Positions 32,902 to 43,368 of a DNA stretch of 45,323 nt are shown here, piece by piece. The translations under genes and the position numbers were made by a program. The stretch's first letter is position 1. Each line of letters opens with the position of its first letter. A model generated the notes under the pieces. It saw only the letters and a program-made list of their open reading frames with translations. It had not been told where the DNA came from and searched no databases. Source of the DNA: Parvularia atlantis (taxonomy: Eukaryota); contig CALSCO010000481.1 of the NCBI GenBank assembly GCA_943704415.1, forward strand, positions 1 to 45,323, read 5' to 3'.

Positions 32902-35900
32902 ATGGGCCGCGTCCGCGACGGCCGCTTCAACGCCAAGGCGCGTGCGGCGCGACGCGGCGACGGCGCGGGGGCCGCCGTGGGGGCCGCCGTGGCCGCCGTG
33001 CGCGCCGCGGACGTGCCCGTGGACGAGGCCGTGCTGGGCCCCGTCGGGCAAGGCTCGAATGTGCTGGTGCTGCCGGCGAGCAGGACGCCTGCGCCCAGGG
33101 CGAGCGACGTGGCGGCGGCAGCGGCGGCGAAGAAGAAACCGCTGACGGCCAAACAGCGGCGGCGGATGCAGGCGTTTGTGGTGCGTGTGTCGCTCGGAGG
33201 GGCCCGCGCGCGCTCACGGCCGCCCGCAGGAGAAGCAGCTGAAGAAGGAGCGGCGCGTCGACCTCATGAGCAAGCTCGCGTGCGTCTGCTGGGCCGCGCG
33301 GGGGGTGAGTGCGGGCTGACCGTGCGCGCACACGCAGCGAGAGCACGTTTGCCGTCGCCAACCCGAACCTGCTGCGCTCGTCCAAGCAGCTCGGCAAGAA
33401 GGTGGCGTTCCGCATCATCGCCTCGTCGCGCCTGACTCCGTGCGCGCCCAGGACACGGTCAAGGAGCGCCTGCGCCGCGCCTTGATGGAGGAGCGTGCGG
33501 GGCTGTCGATGTCGGACGCGACGACGCCGCTGCTCGTGCCGACGGGCGGAACAAAACGCTTGCGCGACGATGACCACGAGAGCGACGACGAGAGCGACGA
33601 CGACGACGACAACGACGACGACGACGACGACGGCAACACGATGGCAAGCGCACCCGCACCACCACCAGCGCCTGCTCGCAAGCAAGCGCCACCGCAACCG
33701 CCAGCACCGGCACCAGCACCACCAGCACCAACGACGTTTGCGTTCCCGAGGGCGCGACGGCCGCAGGACGACGGTGACGTCGAGGAGGACGCCGCTGCCA
33801 GCCGCGCGGGCGCCACGGCTGTCACTGCTGCGCCGTCGCACAAACCCGCCTTCTACGTGGCCGTCGAGCGCGACGCGGAGCTGCAGGCCAAGCGGCTCGA
33901 GCTGCCGATCCTGGCCGAGGAGCAGGTGTGCAGCGCTTGTGCGGGCCGTGCTGAGCTGTGCTCCTGTCCGGCCGCAGTTGATCATGGAGACGATCAGCAG
34001 CCACTTGTTTACGATCATCGCGGGCGAGACGGGCAGCGGCAAGACGACGCAGGTGCCGCAGTTTCTGTACGAGGCCGGCTACGGGCACCCCGACAGCGGT
34101 TCGTGCGCGCGCGCGTACCGCTGCGAGTCCCCGTGCGCGCCTGACGGCCCACGCGCCGCAGAGCACGCCGGCAAGATCGGGATAACGCAGCCGCGTCGCG
34201 TTGCCGCCGTGGCGATGACGGCGCGCGTGGCCAAGGAGCTTGGGTTGCCGAGGGACCGCGTGTCATACAAGGCGCGAGTGTGCGTGCGTGTGCCGCTGCC
34301 GTGCTGACGGCGCGCGGGTGGCGCCCGCAGATCCGCTACGACGGCACCGTCAGCCCCGCGACCGTGGTGCAGTTCATGACGGACGGCGTGCTGCTGAAGG
34401 AGATCGCGGGCGACTTTCTGCTCAAGAGCTACTCGGTGATCATTCTGGACGAGGCGCACGAGCGCAACCTCAACACCGACATCCTCATCGGGCTACTGTC
34501 GCGCCTCGTGCCGCTGCGCGAGCGGCTCGCGCGCGAGGGCAAGACGCCTGGCGCCAACGGCAAGCCGCTGACGCCCCTGCGCGTCGTGATCATGTCGGCG
34601 ACCCTGCGCGTGGCCGACTTTACCCAGAACTGCGTGCTCTTCCCGGCTGAGCCACCGCCGGTCATCTCGGTCGACGCACGGCAGCACCCGGTCACGGTGC
34701 ACTTTAGCCGTCGCACGCCGCTCGACGACTACGTCACGGCCGCCTTCAACAAGATCAGCCAAATCCACCGGAGGCTGCCGTCGGGCGGTGCGGCGCCGCT
34801 TGGCTTATGACAAACGTGCTTGCTCATGCGCGTGCGCAGGCATCCTCGTGTTTGTGACGGGCCGCAACGAGATCGAGGCGCTGTGCCGCAAACTCAGGCA
34901 GCAGTTTCCTGCCAAGGACAAGCGCGCCGGCGTCACAAGCGCGCGTGAACGCGTGACGCCGGAGGCTGATCGTGAGCTGGCGGGGCTGCAGGACGGTGTG
35001 CGCTGCCGCTGCACATGGTGGCGTGCTGACAAGGATGCGCGCGGCAGACCCAGACCTGATTGAGGCCGACGAAGAGGGCGAGGTGCTGGCCAACTTTGAG
35101 CGGCGGGCGCGCGTACGTGTGGCCAAGCCGGTGACATGGGACGATGAGGACAGCGCGACGGCGGACGGCGAGGGCGACGAGGACAGCTGGGACGACGAGG
35201 ACACGGGCGAGCCGGCCGAGGACGACGGCTCGGCGCTCGTGCGGCCGCACGGCGGGGCCGAGAATGAGGCCGGCCCGCTGCACGTGCTGCCGCTGTACGC
35301 ACTGCTGTCGCCGGCCGAGCAGATGGTGCGGCCGATCCGGTGTGACGGACGGCGCGCGGCTGATGCGCATGTCTGCTGCAGCGCGTGTTTGAGGGCGCGC
35401 CCGAAGGCCACCGGCTCTGCGTCGTCGCGACCAACGTGGCCGAGACGTCGGTGACCATTCCGGGCATCAAGTATGTCGTGGACACGGGCAAGGCCAAGGA
35501 GGTGCTGTCGCGTGCGAGACCTTTGAGCGCTTGCTGACATTGTCCTGTGCGCAGCGGCACTTTGACCTCGCAACGGGCGTGCAATCGTACCGCGTCGAGT
35601 GGATCTCCAAGGCGTCGGCCGACCAGGTAGCGCAGCCGCATGCGCACGCCCGCGGCTCTGACAGAGCCTGTGCGCAGCGCGCCGGCCGGGCTGGGCGCAC
35701 GGGGCCGGGGCACTGCTACCGCCTGTACTCGTCGGCTGTCTTCCACGACCAGTTCCCGCAGTTTGCGACGCCCGAGATTCAGCGCATGCCGATCGAGGGT
35801 GCGCGCAACATTGAGCGCCGTGCCGCATCGGGAGCGCTCACGCGCTCGGCGGCCAGCCACCGTGCTGCTGATGAAGGCCATGAGCATCGACAACGTCGTC

Positions 35901-37754
35901 AACTTCCCCTTCCCCTCGCCGCCAGACCGCACGGCGATTGCACGCGGCGAGAAGGTGCGCTCGCGCAGGACGCGAGAGCCGCCACTCAGTGCAGCGCCAC
36001 GCCGCAGCTGCTCGTCACGCTCGGGGCGCTCGACGCGGCCACGCGCAAGGCCACCGCGCTTGGCAAGCAGATGGCGGCCTTCCCGCTCTCGCCGCGCTAC
36101 GCCAAGATGTGGCGTGCGCCCGCGGGGCCTCCTCGACCGCGCGCTGATGGGCTTGCGCCGCGCAGGATCCTGGCCAGCGAAGCGTACCAGGTCGAGCGGC
36201 ACATGATCGCGCTTGTTGCGGCGATGACCGTGGGCGACCCGTTCATCCGCGACGTCGACAGCGGCGAAGGCGACGAGCCAGGTGCGTGCGTGCACACGGG
36301 ACATGGGGCGGCGCGGCTCACGGCCCTGCGCGTGCGGCAGACCAGCAGGAGCAGCAGCGCATGCAGCGTGCACAGTACCGGCGCGTGCACGAGCGGTTCG
36401 CGCCCTCGCCCGCGACCGGCGACCTGCACAAGCTGCTGCGCGTGGTCAACGCACACGAGGCCGCGCCGTCCAAGGAGGCTTTTTGCGACGAGAACCTGCT
36501 GCGGACAAAGGTCCACGTACTCGCCGCCGCTGCATGGTGGCCGACTGAACGCGCGTGCGCAGGCGATGGCCGAGATCAGCAAGCTGCGCGTGCAGCTCCT
36601 GAACGTGCTCAACGCGCAGCGCGCCAACAAGGTCTACGCCACGGACCTGCGCCTGCCGGACCCGACGCCGGCCCAAGTGCGCGCAGGCGAACCCTATTCT
36701 GGCACCCGCCTTCCTCTGACATTTACACACGCGCAGGAGAAGGTGCTGTCGCAAGTGGTGATCACGGGCTTCATGGACCAGGTCGCACTCAAGAACAAGG
36801 ACGGCGGGATCGGTGCGGCCGGTGCCTGTTGCTGGCTGGGTGGTGTCTAACCATCGGTGCGTGCGCGTGGGACAGGGCCCATGGGTCCGCCGTACCGCAC
36901 CATGACGCTCGAGGAGGACGTGTTCATTCACCCGACCTCGGCGCTGCACCGCACGCGGCCCAACTGGGTCGTGTACACAGACCTGGTCGAGACGAAGCAC
37001 CGGTACCTCAAGGGCGTGACCGAGGTGGACCCAGTGTGGCTCGCGCGCATCGCGCCCGAGCTGTGCCACTTTGGCAAGCCGCTGGAGAACCCGCCGCCGC
37101 GGTGCGCCCCCGTCTGCGTGCGCCGCTGAGCCGGTGCTCACGTGCGAGCGCACCGCAGGTACGACGCGGCCAAGGACGCGGTCGTGTGTACGTGCGCGCC
37201 GTCGTACGGCCCGCAGTCGTGGCCCCTGCCGGCGCTCGAGGTCGACTACCCCGAGAGCCTCGACCGGTACAAGTACTTTGCCCGGTTCTTCCTTGAGGGC
37301 GCCGTGTGCACGGCGATGGCCGCGCTTGTGGTGCGCGCGTGCGTGCCTGTTATGTGCGAATGTGCGTGCCAACCGCGGGCGCAGCCACACCTCCTCAGCA
37401 AGCCGAGCACGCTCAACAAGTCGTGGACGCAGCCCAAGATCGTCCAGCTCGTGCAGGCGCTGCACGCGGAGCGCATAGCGAGCCGGCACGCGCTCGAAGC
37501 CAAGTGGTGCGGCACGCGCTCGGCTCACGCCGCGTGGCTAATGCGCACACGGCAGGCGCGCGGACCCATCGTACTTGCTCAGCGTGATCGAGCCGTGGAT
37601 CGAGAGCGAGCAGCACACGCTCCTGCGCGCGCGGTGGCCGCCGATCGAGCGGCCGCGGGACGCGAGCGCCAGGGAGGGGCAGCGCGGCGCGGGAGGGCAG
37701 GCAGCGGCGGGGCAGGCAGCGGCAGGGCAGGTGGGAAAGCGCGTGCGGTTGTAA
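32902..37754 (+). CDS. DHX37: DEAH-box RNA helicase DHX37/Dhr1, spliced
   Basis: [118 protein letters not shown]. Stop TAA at 37752-37754. Confidence 0.95.
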
Positions 37755-37963
37755 TGTTGCTTTCACAAACAAACCGACAAGAGAACCGTGACAGCGGTGC
37801 TGACATCTGCATGCACACGGCTTGCTTGGAGCTGGAAATGCATCGTTTGACGAGTATGGGCTTGACCACGTGTGGCCTCAGGCTCCCGCCGCCACATGAC
37901 CCTGGGCCTCCTAGCGACGTCGCTGGCCGAGTCGACCGACGCATCAAGCGGCTCGTCGAGAAC

Positions 37964-38566
37964 TCAACAAACAACAGTGCAAGCAACGCCGATCAGCTGC
38001 CGCCCGCTCACGAGCTCGAGCAGGTGCGGGTGCGCTGGCCGCGTGCGCGCCTCGCCCTCAAAGTCGCACGGGAAGCGCTTTGTGTCGACCTGCGCCCGCG
38101 CGGTGTGAGCCACTCGCACGCACGGCAGCCGCGCCCGGGGGCAGGAGGGAGGGGGAGGGCGCACCTGCGGCCCGCGGAAGGCGTGGTGCAGCGCCGCGTT
38201 GACCTCGTGCGCCACGCGCCGCAGTGGCGCCGCGCGTCAGTCGATCGGCACGCCGTGCTCGGCCGCGAACGCCGCGTGCAGCTCGTCGAGCTCGCGGCGG
38301 GTGAGCGTGGCAGCGTCGGCAAAGGGGCGCAGCGTGAGCTGCTCGTCGTAGTGGCGCCGGCGCGCGGGCGAGCCGAGCGTCTCGTAGGCGAGGAGCAGGG
38401 CGACGAAGCGGTCGTGCGCGTCGCGCTGCCCGCCGCGAGCCGCGCCGCGACGGCATCCGGGTGCAACGCCTTCGCCTCGCACAGGAGCCGACGCGCCACG
38501 CGCCACACCCAGAACGGCGTAGTGGTCGCGCGTCACGGTGGTGGTTGATGTGCAAGTTCAGTGCAT
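37964..38566 (-). pseudogene. Decayed J-domain (DnaJ) protein gene
   Basis: DHYAVLGVARGAS and RFVALLLAYETL..RRRHYD share one frame, but KALHPD (38455-38463) is in another. In-frame TGAs at 38558-38560 and 38237-38239. One intron is retained and the gene ends after LLELVSGRQLIGV. Confidence 0.75.
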
Positions 38567-38621
38567 GCAGTCTGCTGCCCTTCGCGTCCCTCGCCGCCTC
38601 TTCGCATCAACCGCGGTCAAC

Positions 38622-39187
38622 ATGGGCGTCACACGCAAGGTGCTCAAGGACGGCGACAGCACGACGTACCCGAAGAAGGGCGACACGGTGCGTTGGGCGA
38701 CGCGAGAATCCGCGCGTCGCGCGCTGACAACACGCTCCCGCGCATAGGTGGTGATGCACGTGCGTGGTCGACCGCACCGCCCCGTCGCGCGCGCTGACAC
38801 GCCCCGCGCACGCAGTACGTCGGCACGCTGCGCGACGGCAAGAAGTTCGACTCGTCGCGCGACCGCAAGGAGCCCTTCCGCGTACGTGGCGGCGCTTGGC
38901 GGCGCTGCGCTGACGCTGCTGCTCGCGCAGACCAAGATCGGCGTCGGCCAGGTGATCAAGGGCTGGGACGAGGGCGTGCCGCAGATGAGCCTGGGCGAGA
39001 AGGCCGTGCTCGACATCTCGTGGGACTACGCCTACGGCGAGAAGGGCTACCCGGGCCTGATCCCACCCAAGTCGGACCTGATCTTCGAGGTCGAGGTGCG
39101 CGCTGCCGCCCGCTGCCGCCGCGGCTGCCCGTCGCTGACGCGCGCTGCGTGCGTGCTGCGCAGCTGCTCCAGATCATACCGAAATAG
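38622..39187 (+). CDS. FKBP12: FKBP12-type peptidyl-prolyl isomerase, spliced
   Basis: [81 protein letters not shown]. Includes 12-nt exon 38748-38759. Confidence 0.96.
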
Positions 39188-39287
39188 GCGCGGGCCCTGT
39201 TGTCCACCCTGCCCTGCGCACAGGCCGTTTGCACGCGCGCGTGTGTTGTCTTGTGCTGTCCCCCCGTCCTTTCCCCAAAACACATGC

Positions 39288-41454
39288 TTACTCGCCCATC
39301 GGGTCGCGCACGCGCGTGCTGTACAGCGGCCGCCGGTGCACCTCGAACGGGTGCCGCCGCGCGCTCGACGGCTCGTCGCCGCCCTTGCCCTCGCCGCGGT
39401 CGGCCGTGTCGACGGCAAACTCGGACACGGTGTCGGTCGACGGGCCCGCGCTCGGCGGCTCACTGTCGATCTGCCCAGCCGGCGCGGCGGCAGCGGTCGC
39501 GGGCAGCGGCGGGGCCGTGCGCGGCACGAGGCGCGGCACGACGCGCTCGACCAGGAAGAAGAGCACGGCGGCAAGGATGTGCACGCTGAACCCGAGCGAC
39601 TTGTAGAGCGCGAAGCAGTCGCGCGCGTTGAGCAGGACAAAGCTCGCGGCGACGTAGTTGATCGAGATCTGCACACACGGGCGGGTCAGCTGCGAAGTGT
39701 GCCTCGCCTGCCGGACCGCACCATCGTCGTCAGCCAGCCGAGCACGTTGTACGCGCGCTTGACTGGCAGCGACGAGCGGCTCGCGTAGTCGAGCACCCAC
39801 GGGCGCACGCGGTGGCGCACGGCTGCATTGACCGCGTCAGCATGCGACAGCTCGCGCGCACGGCCAGGGCACGCACCGCGGTGGACGATCGTCAGCAGCG
39901 CGCCCGACAGGAACGTGAGGTAGTAGCCGAGGTAGAAGCCCTGCGAGCCGACACGGGTACACGTGAGCCGGCGCGCGGCAGGCAGGGCGGCAGCGGTCGA
40001 CGCACATGCCACAGGGCCGAGACGACGTAGGTCGCGATCGTCGCGCGGAGCGTGTAGCGTGCCTCGTCGCCGCGCGACGCCTGCCGGTCGCCGTCCTTGG
40101 CCACGAGGTCGCGCACGCGCCAGTAGACGTAAAAGCGCAGCCACTGGTTGACGCTCTTGTTCCACGAGTCGGTCAGGGTCTTGAAGTTGGGCGCGGTCTC
40201 AAGGCCGACAATGTCGACGTTCTCCACGCCCGACCTGCCGCACGCCGTAAGCCGCCGGCGCTCACACGGTGCCGGCACACACACCAGTCGTCCGTCCCGT
40301 CCGGCCGCCGCCGGCCCGTGTAGCCCATGCCCGCGAGGATGCAGCTGCCCTCGGTGATCTTCCACACAAAGTAGTACTGAAAACGCTGCAGGCACGACGC
40401 CAGCTGCACGTACGCGAACCTGCCCGCACGGGCATGAGCGCGCACGTGAGCGACAGCAACGGGCGCACCGGTAGAGGAACGTCGTGCCGATGCGGAACGC
40501 CGGCGAGCGCGCAAAGACGAGCGGGTACGTTGACGACAGAAATACGCCCGGCGCGCACAGCAGGGCGGTGCCGAGGCGCTCGAGTGCCGGCCGCACATTG
40601 GTGCGCGGTGCATCAACCTCGCCGGCGCGTGCAGACGCAGCGCCAAACGCGCGGCGGTACTCGAGCAGGTCGTGCGCCGGGCCAGCGAGCAGGCTGCCGA
40701 AGAAGTAGATGAAGCCGAGATACTCGGGCAGCGACGGCACGTTCGGCAGCGCACGCATGCGCAGCTCGGGCGCCATCTAGTGTGCGGGGCGGGTGAGGAG
40801 GTGCCGCGCGGCCCGCAAGCATCGCGCGCACCTTGACGTCCTCCTCGCCCTGCCGCGCGAGCCGCGCGCCGTCGTACACGTTCCACGCAAACGACGAGAC
40901 CTTGATCACGAGCACCATCTGCAGGCCCGTCGTGTGCAGCGTGGCCGGGCCGACGGCCATCGTCTCAATGTGGCTGCGCGGGGCCGGCTCAGCCGGGGGC
41001 GATGCGTCAGGCGTCCATGGCACACCAGTAGGCCAGGTGCATCATCGCGGCTGCGAGCACGAGCAGCGGCGTCATGCGGTGCCAGCCGTACCTGCCGCCC
41101 GCCGCCGCACTGTCAGCCGCGGCCAACCGCAGAGCCCGCGACGCGACGCACAGCAGCACCGCGGCGTAGGCCGGCAGCACGACCGCGAGGGTCTCGAGCA
41201 TGTACGCGCCGAAGCAGAGCCAGCCGAGGCCGAAGCCCGCGCTGGCCGCGAGCGCGTGCTTGAGCGCGGGACGGTCGTTGGGCAGGGCGTGGAAGGCGAG
41301 CGCAGCCGGGTAGGCGAGGAGCATGGCGAGCACGTACACGGCGTGCTGACGAGCGGCCGCCGGCCGTCAGCACGCAAGCACGCATCGCGAACGTGCGCAC
41401 CGCCGACGTGAAGCCGACGAGCCCGGCGACGGACGCGAGCGCCGCGTCCCACAT
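39288..41454 (-). CDS. MBOAT family lysophospholipid acyltransferase (Ale1/LPCAT-like), spliced
   Basis: [77 protein letters not shown], catalytic [15 protein letters not shown]. Confidence 0.93.
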
Positions 41455-41596
41455 TGCGTTGCGTGTGCGCGGGTGACGAGAGAGGGGGGCGAGCGCTGGC
41501 AGGCCGAGGGAAAAGCGCGTGCCGGGTGCCGACAGTCAGCCGCGCCGTCGCTGTCGACGACGCCACTCGTGCGTCACATCCGTCTGTCGCGTCAGC

Positions 41597-41916
41597 ATGA
41601 ACTGGACGGGAGGCTCACGCGCTCGGTGCCGATGTCTGGCCCGCTCGGACGCACACGCTTAACTGAACCGCGCCGCAGCCACCAGCGAGGCCCCAAGAGC
41701 GCGGCCGTGCGCCAGCGCGAATTCTTCAGCGCCTACGTCAGCGCCAAGCGCGCGCCCGTGCCGGCCGCCGAGCCCGCCGCGCCGCCGCCGGGATCGGACG
41801 CGGCCTTTGTCGCGCAGATCGTCCAGGCCGCCAAGCGCGCCAAGACGGCGGCGACTGCGGCACCCGGACGTGACGTGGCCGGCCTCGCTGCGACTGAGAC
41901 GCCCGCAAAGCCGTGA
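41597..41916 (+). CDS. Tiny (88 aa) HEIP1/REDIC1(C12orf40)-like protein
   Basis: Exon 41597-41625, GT-AG intron 41626-41678 and exon 41679-41916 give MNWTGGSRARHQRGPKSAAVRQREFFSAYVSAKR..., resembling the MNWxGGSR...Q(K/R)E(Y/F)F N-terminal motif. Confidence 0.6.
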
Positions 41917-41925
41917 GCCCGTTCT

Positions 41926-41979
41926 GTTCTTGTGCAGCCGCAGACACGCAGCCCAGTTCTTGTGCAGCAGCAGACACGC
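41926..41979. repeat. Two-copy direct repeat (24 bp, 30-bp period)
   Basis: GTTCTTGTGCAGC(C/A)GCAGACACGC at 41926-41949 and 41956-41979. Confidence 0.8.
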
Positions 41980-41989
41980 TTGCCTGAAC

Positions 41990-43313
41990 TCACTGGCCGC
42001 CGCCCCGCGGCACCTCGATCGACACGCGCACGACGTCGCTGAGGTACGTCGAGCCCGCGCCGGCCACGATCAGCAGCACGATCTCCTCGCCCTCGTCGTC
42101 GCTCTGCCGGTACGCGTGCATCGTGTGGCCGTAGCGCGCCAGCGGCTTGAAGCCCTTGCTGCTGGCCATCAGCGCGCCCACGTTGGCGTTGGCCGAGTCC
42201 ATCCACAGCTCGATGCGGCGCCACACGGGCTCTGCGCGCGCGTGAGCAGCACGGCACGGCAGGGCACAGGCGCACCGCTCAGCTTGCGCATCAGGAGCTC
42301 CGCGCTCGGCTGGTGGCCGTCAAAGCCGCCGTAGACAAAGACAACGTCGTCCAGGCGTGCGCACGTCAGCGGCCGCGCGGTCCACGGCGCATTGGTCGGC
42401 GTGTCGACGGCGGTCCAGTGCGCAGTAGACGAGGCGACGTCTGGTCGCGCCCGCCGCACGCGTCAAGCGGCGAGACCGGCGAGCACGCGCCCGCACCCAG
42501 CCGCAGCAACCACGAGTCCTTGTGGTAGTCGAACCCTCCCGCGCCGTGAAAGCCGCCGTAGACGACGTACTGGTCCGGCTCGCCCGCATCGTACAGGAGC
42601 GCGCCGGCGCGCTCGGCCGGCCGCGGGCTGTCGGCGGCGGGCTGCAGCTCGATCCAGTGGCCGGTGGCTGGCGCGTCGCAGCGTGAGTGCGCACGCAGTG
42701 TGCCGCGTGCGGGGCCGCACCGGTCGAGTACAGCCACATGTCGCGCAGGTACACACTCAACTTGGGGCTGCCGCCGTAGACGAGGATGTCCGTGCCGCAC
42801 ACGAACGCGGCGTGCTCGTGGCGCGCGGACGGCCAGGGCGTGCTGCCATCGGCCGGGGCCGGGTGCTTCTCCCACTTGAGCTCGGCTGCGTCTGCCGCAT
42901 GCAGCTCAGCATTCGTGCCCGCGCAACAGACATGCGACGCGCACCCAGGTCAATGCTCCACAGCTCGCTGCTGGCGACCTTGCCGACAACGCCGCCAAAC
43001 AGGTACACGCGACTGCCCACGAGCGACGCGCTGTGGCCGGCGCACGGCGTGTAGCCCGGGCCGGCGACGTGCAGCTCCTCCCAGGTGCTGGCCTCTGCGC
43101 GACGGCGCTCAGGGGCAGGGGCACACAACCGGGCAGCGCACCCGCGTCGAGCACCCAGACGTCGTTCAGGAACACCTGCGAGCCCTGCTGGCCGCCGAAG
43201 ACGTACACGCGGCCGCCGTGCCGCACCGAGGCGTGGTACCGGCGTGCGCGCGGTACGGGGCGCGACGCGTCGGCCTGGGTGACGCTGCGCCACACTCCCT
43301 GCTGCTCGACCAT
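41990..43313 (-). CDS. Kelch-repeat beta-propeller protein, spliced
   Basis: Repeated R/HxxH...VYVFGG...NDVW units: ARRYHAS..VYVFGG, CAGHSAS..VYLFGG, RWQHA..ILVYGG, RAGA..VVYGGF, VFVYGGF. Confidence 0.88.
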
Positions 43314-43368
43314 GAATGGATATCGTGGCCCCACTGAGTGACGCGGTTGTTTCGTAACCGCCTTCGTC

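Noticed and set aside
38237..38560. In-frame TGA codons as stop-codon reassignment or selenocysteine
   Set aside because: TGA terminates many intact genes here (SGT1, AMD1, FRY, CPSF3, PXK), and the same locus also has frameshifts and a truncation, so decay is the simpler explanation.
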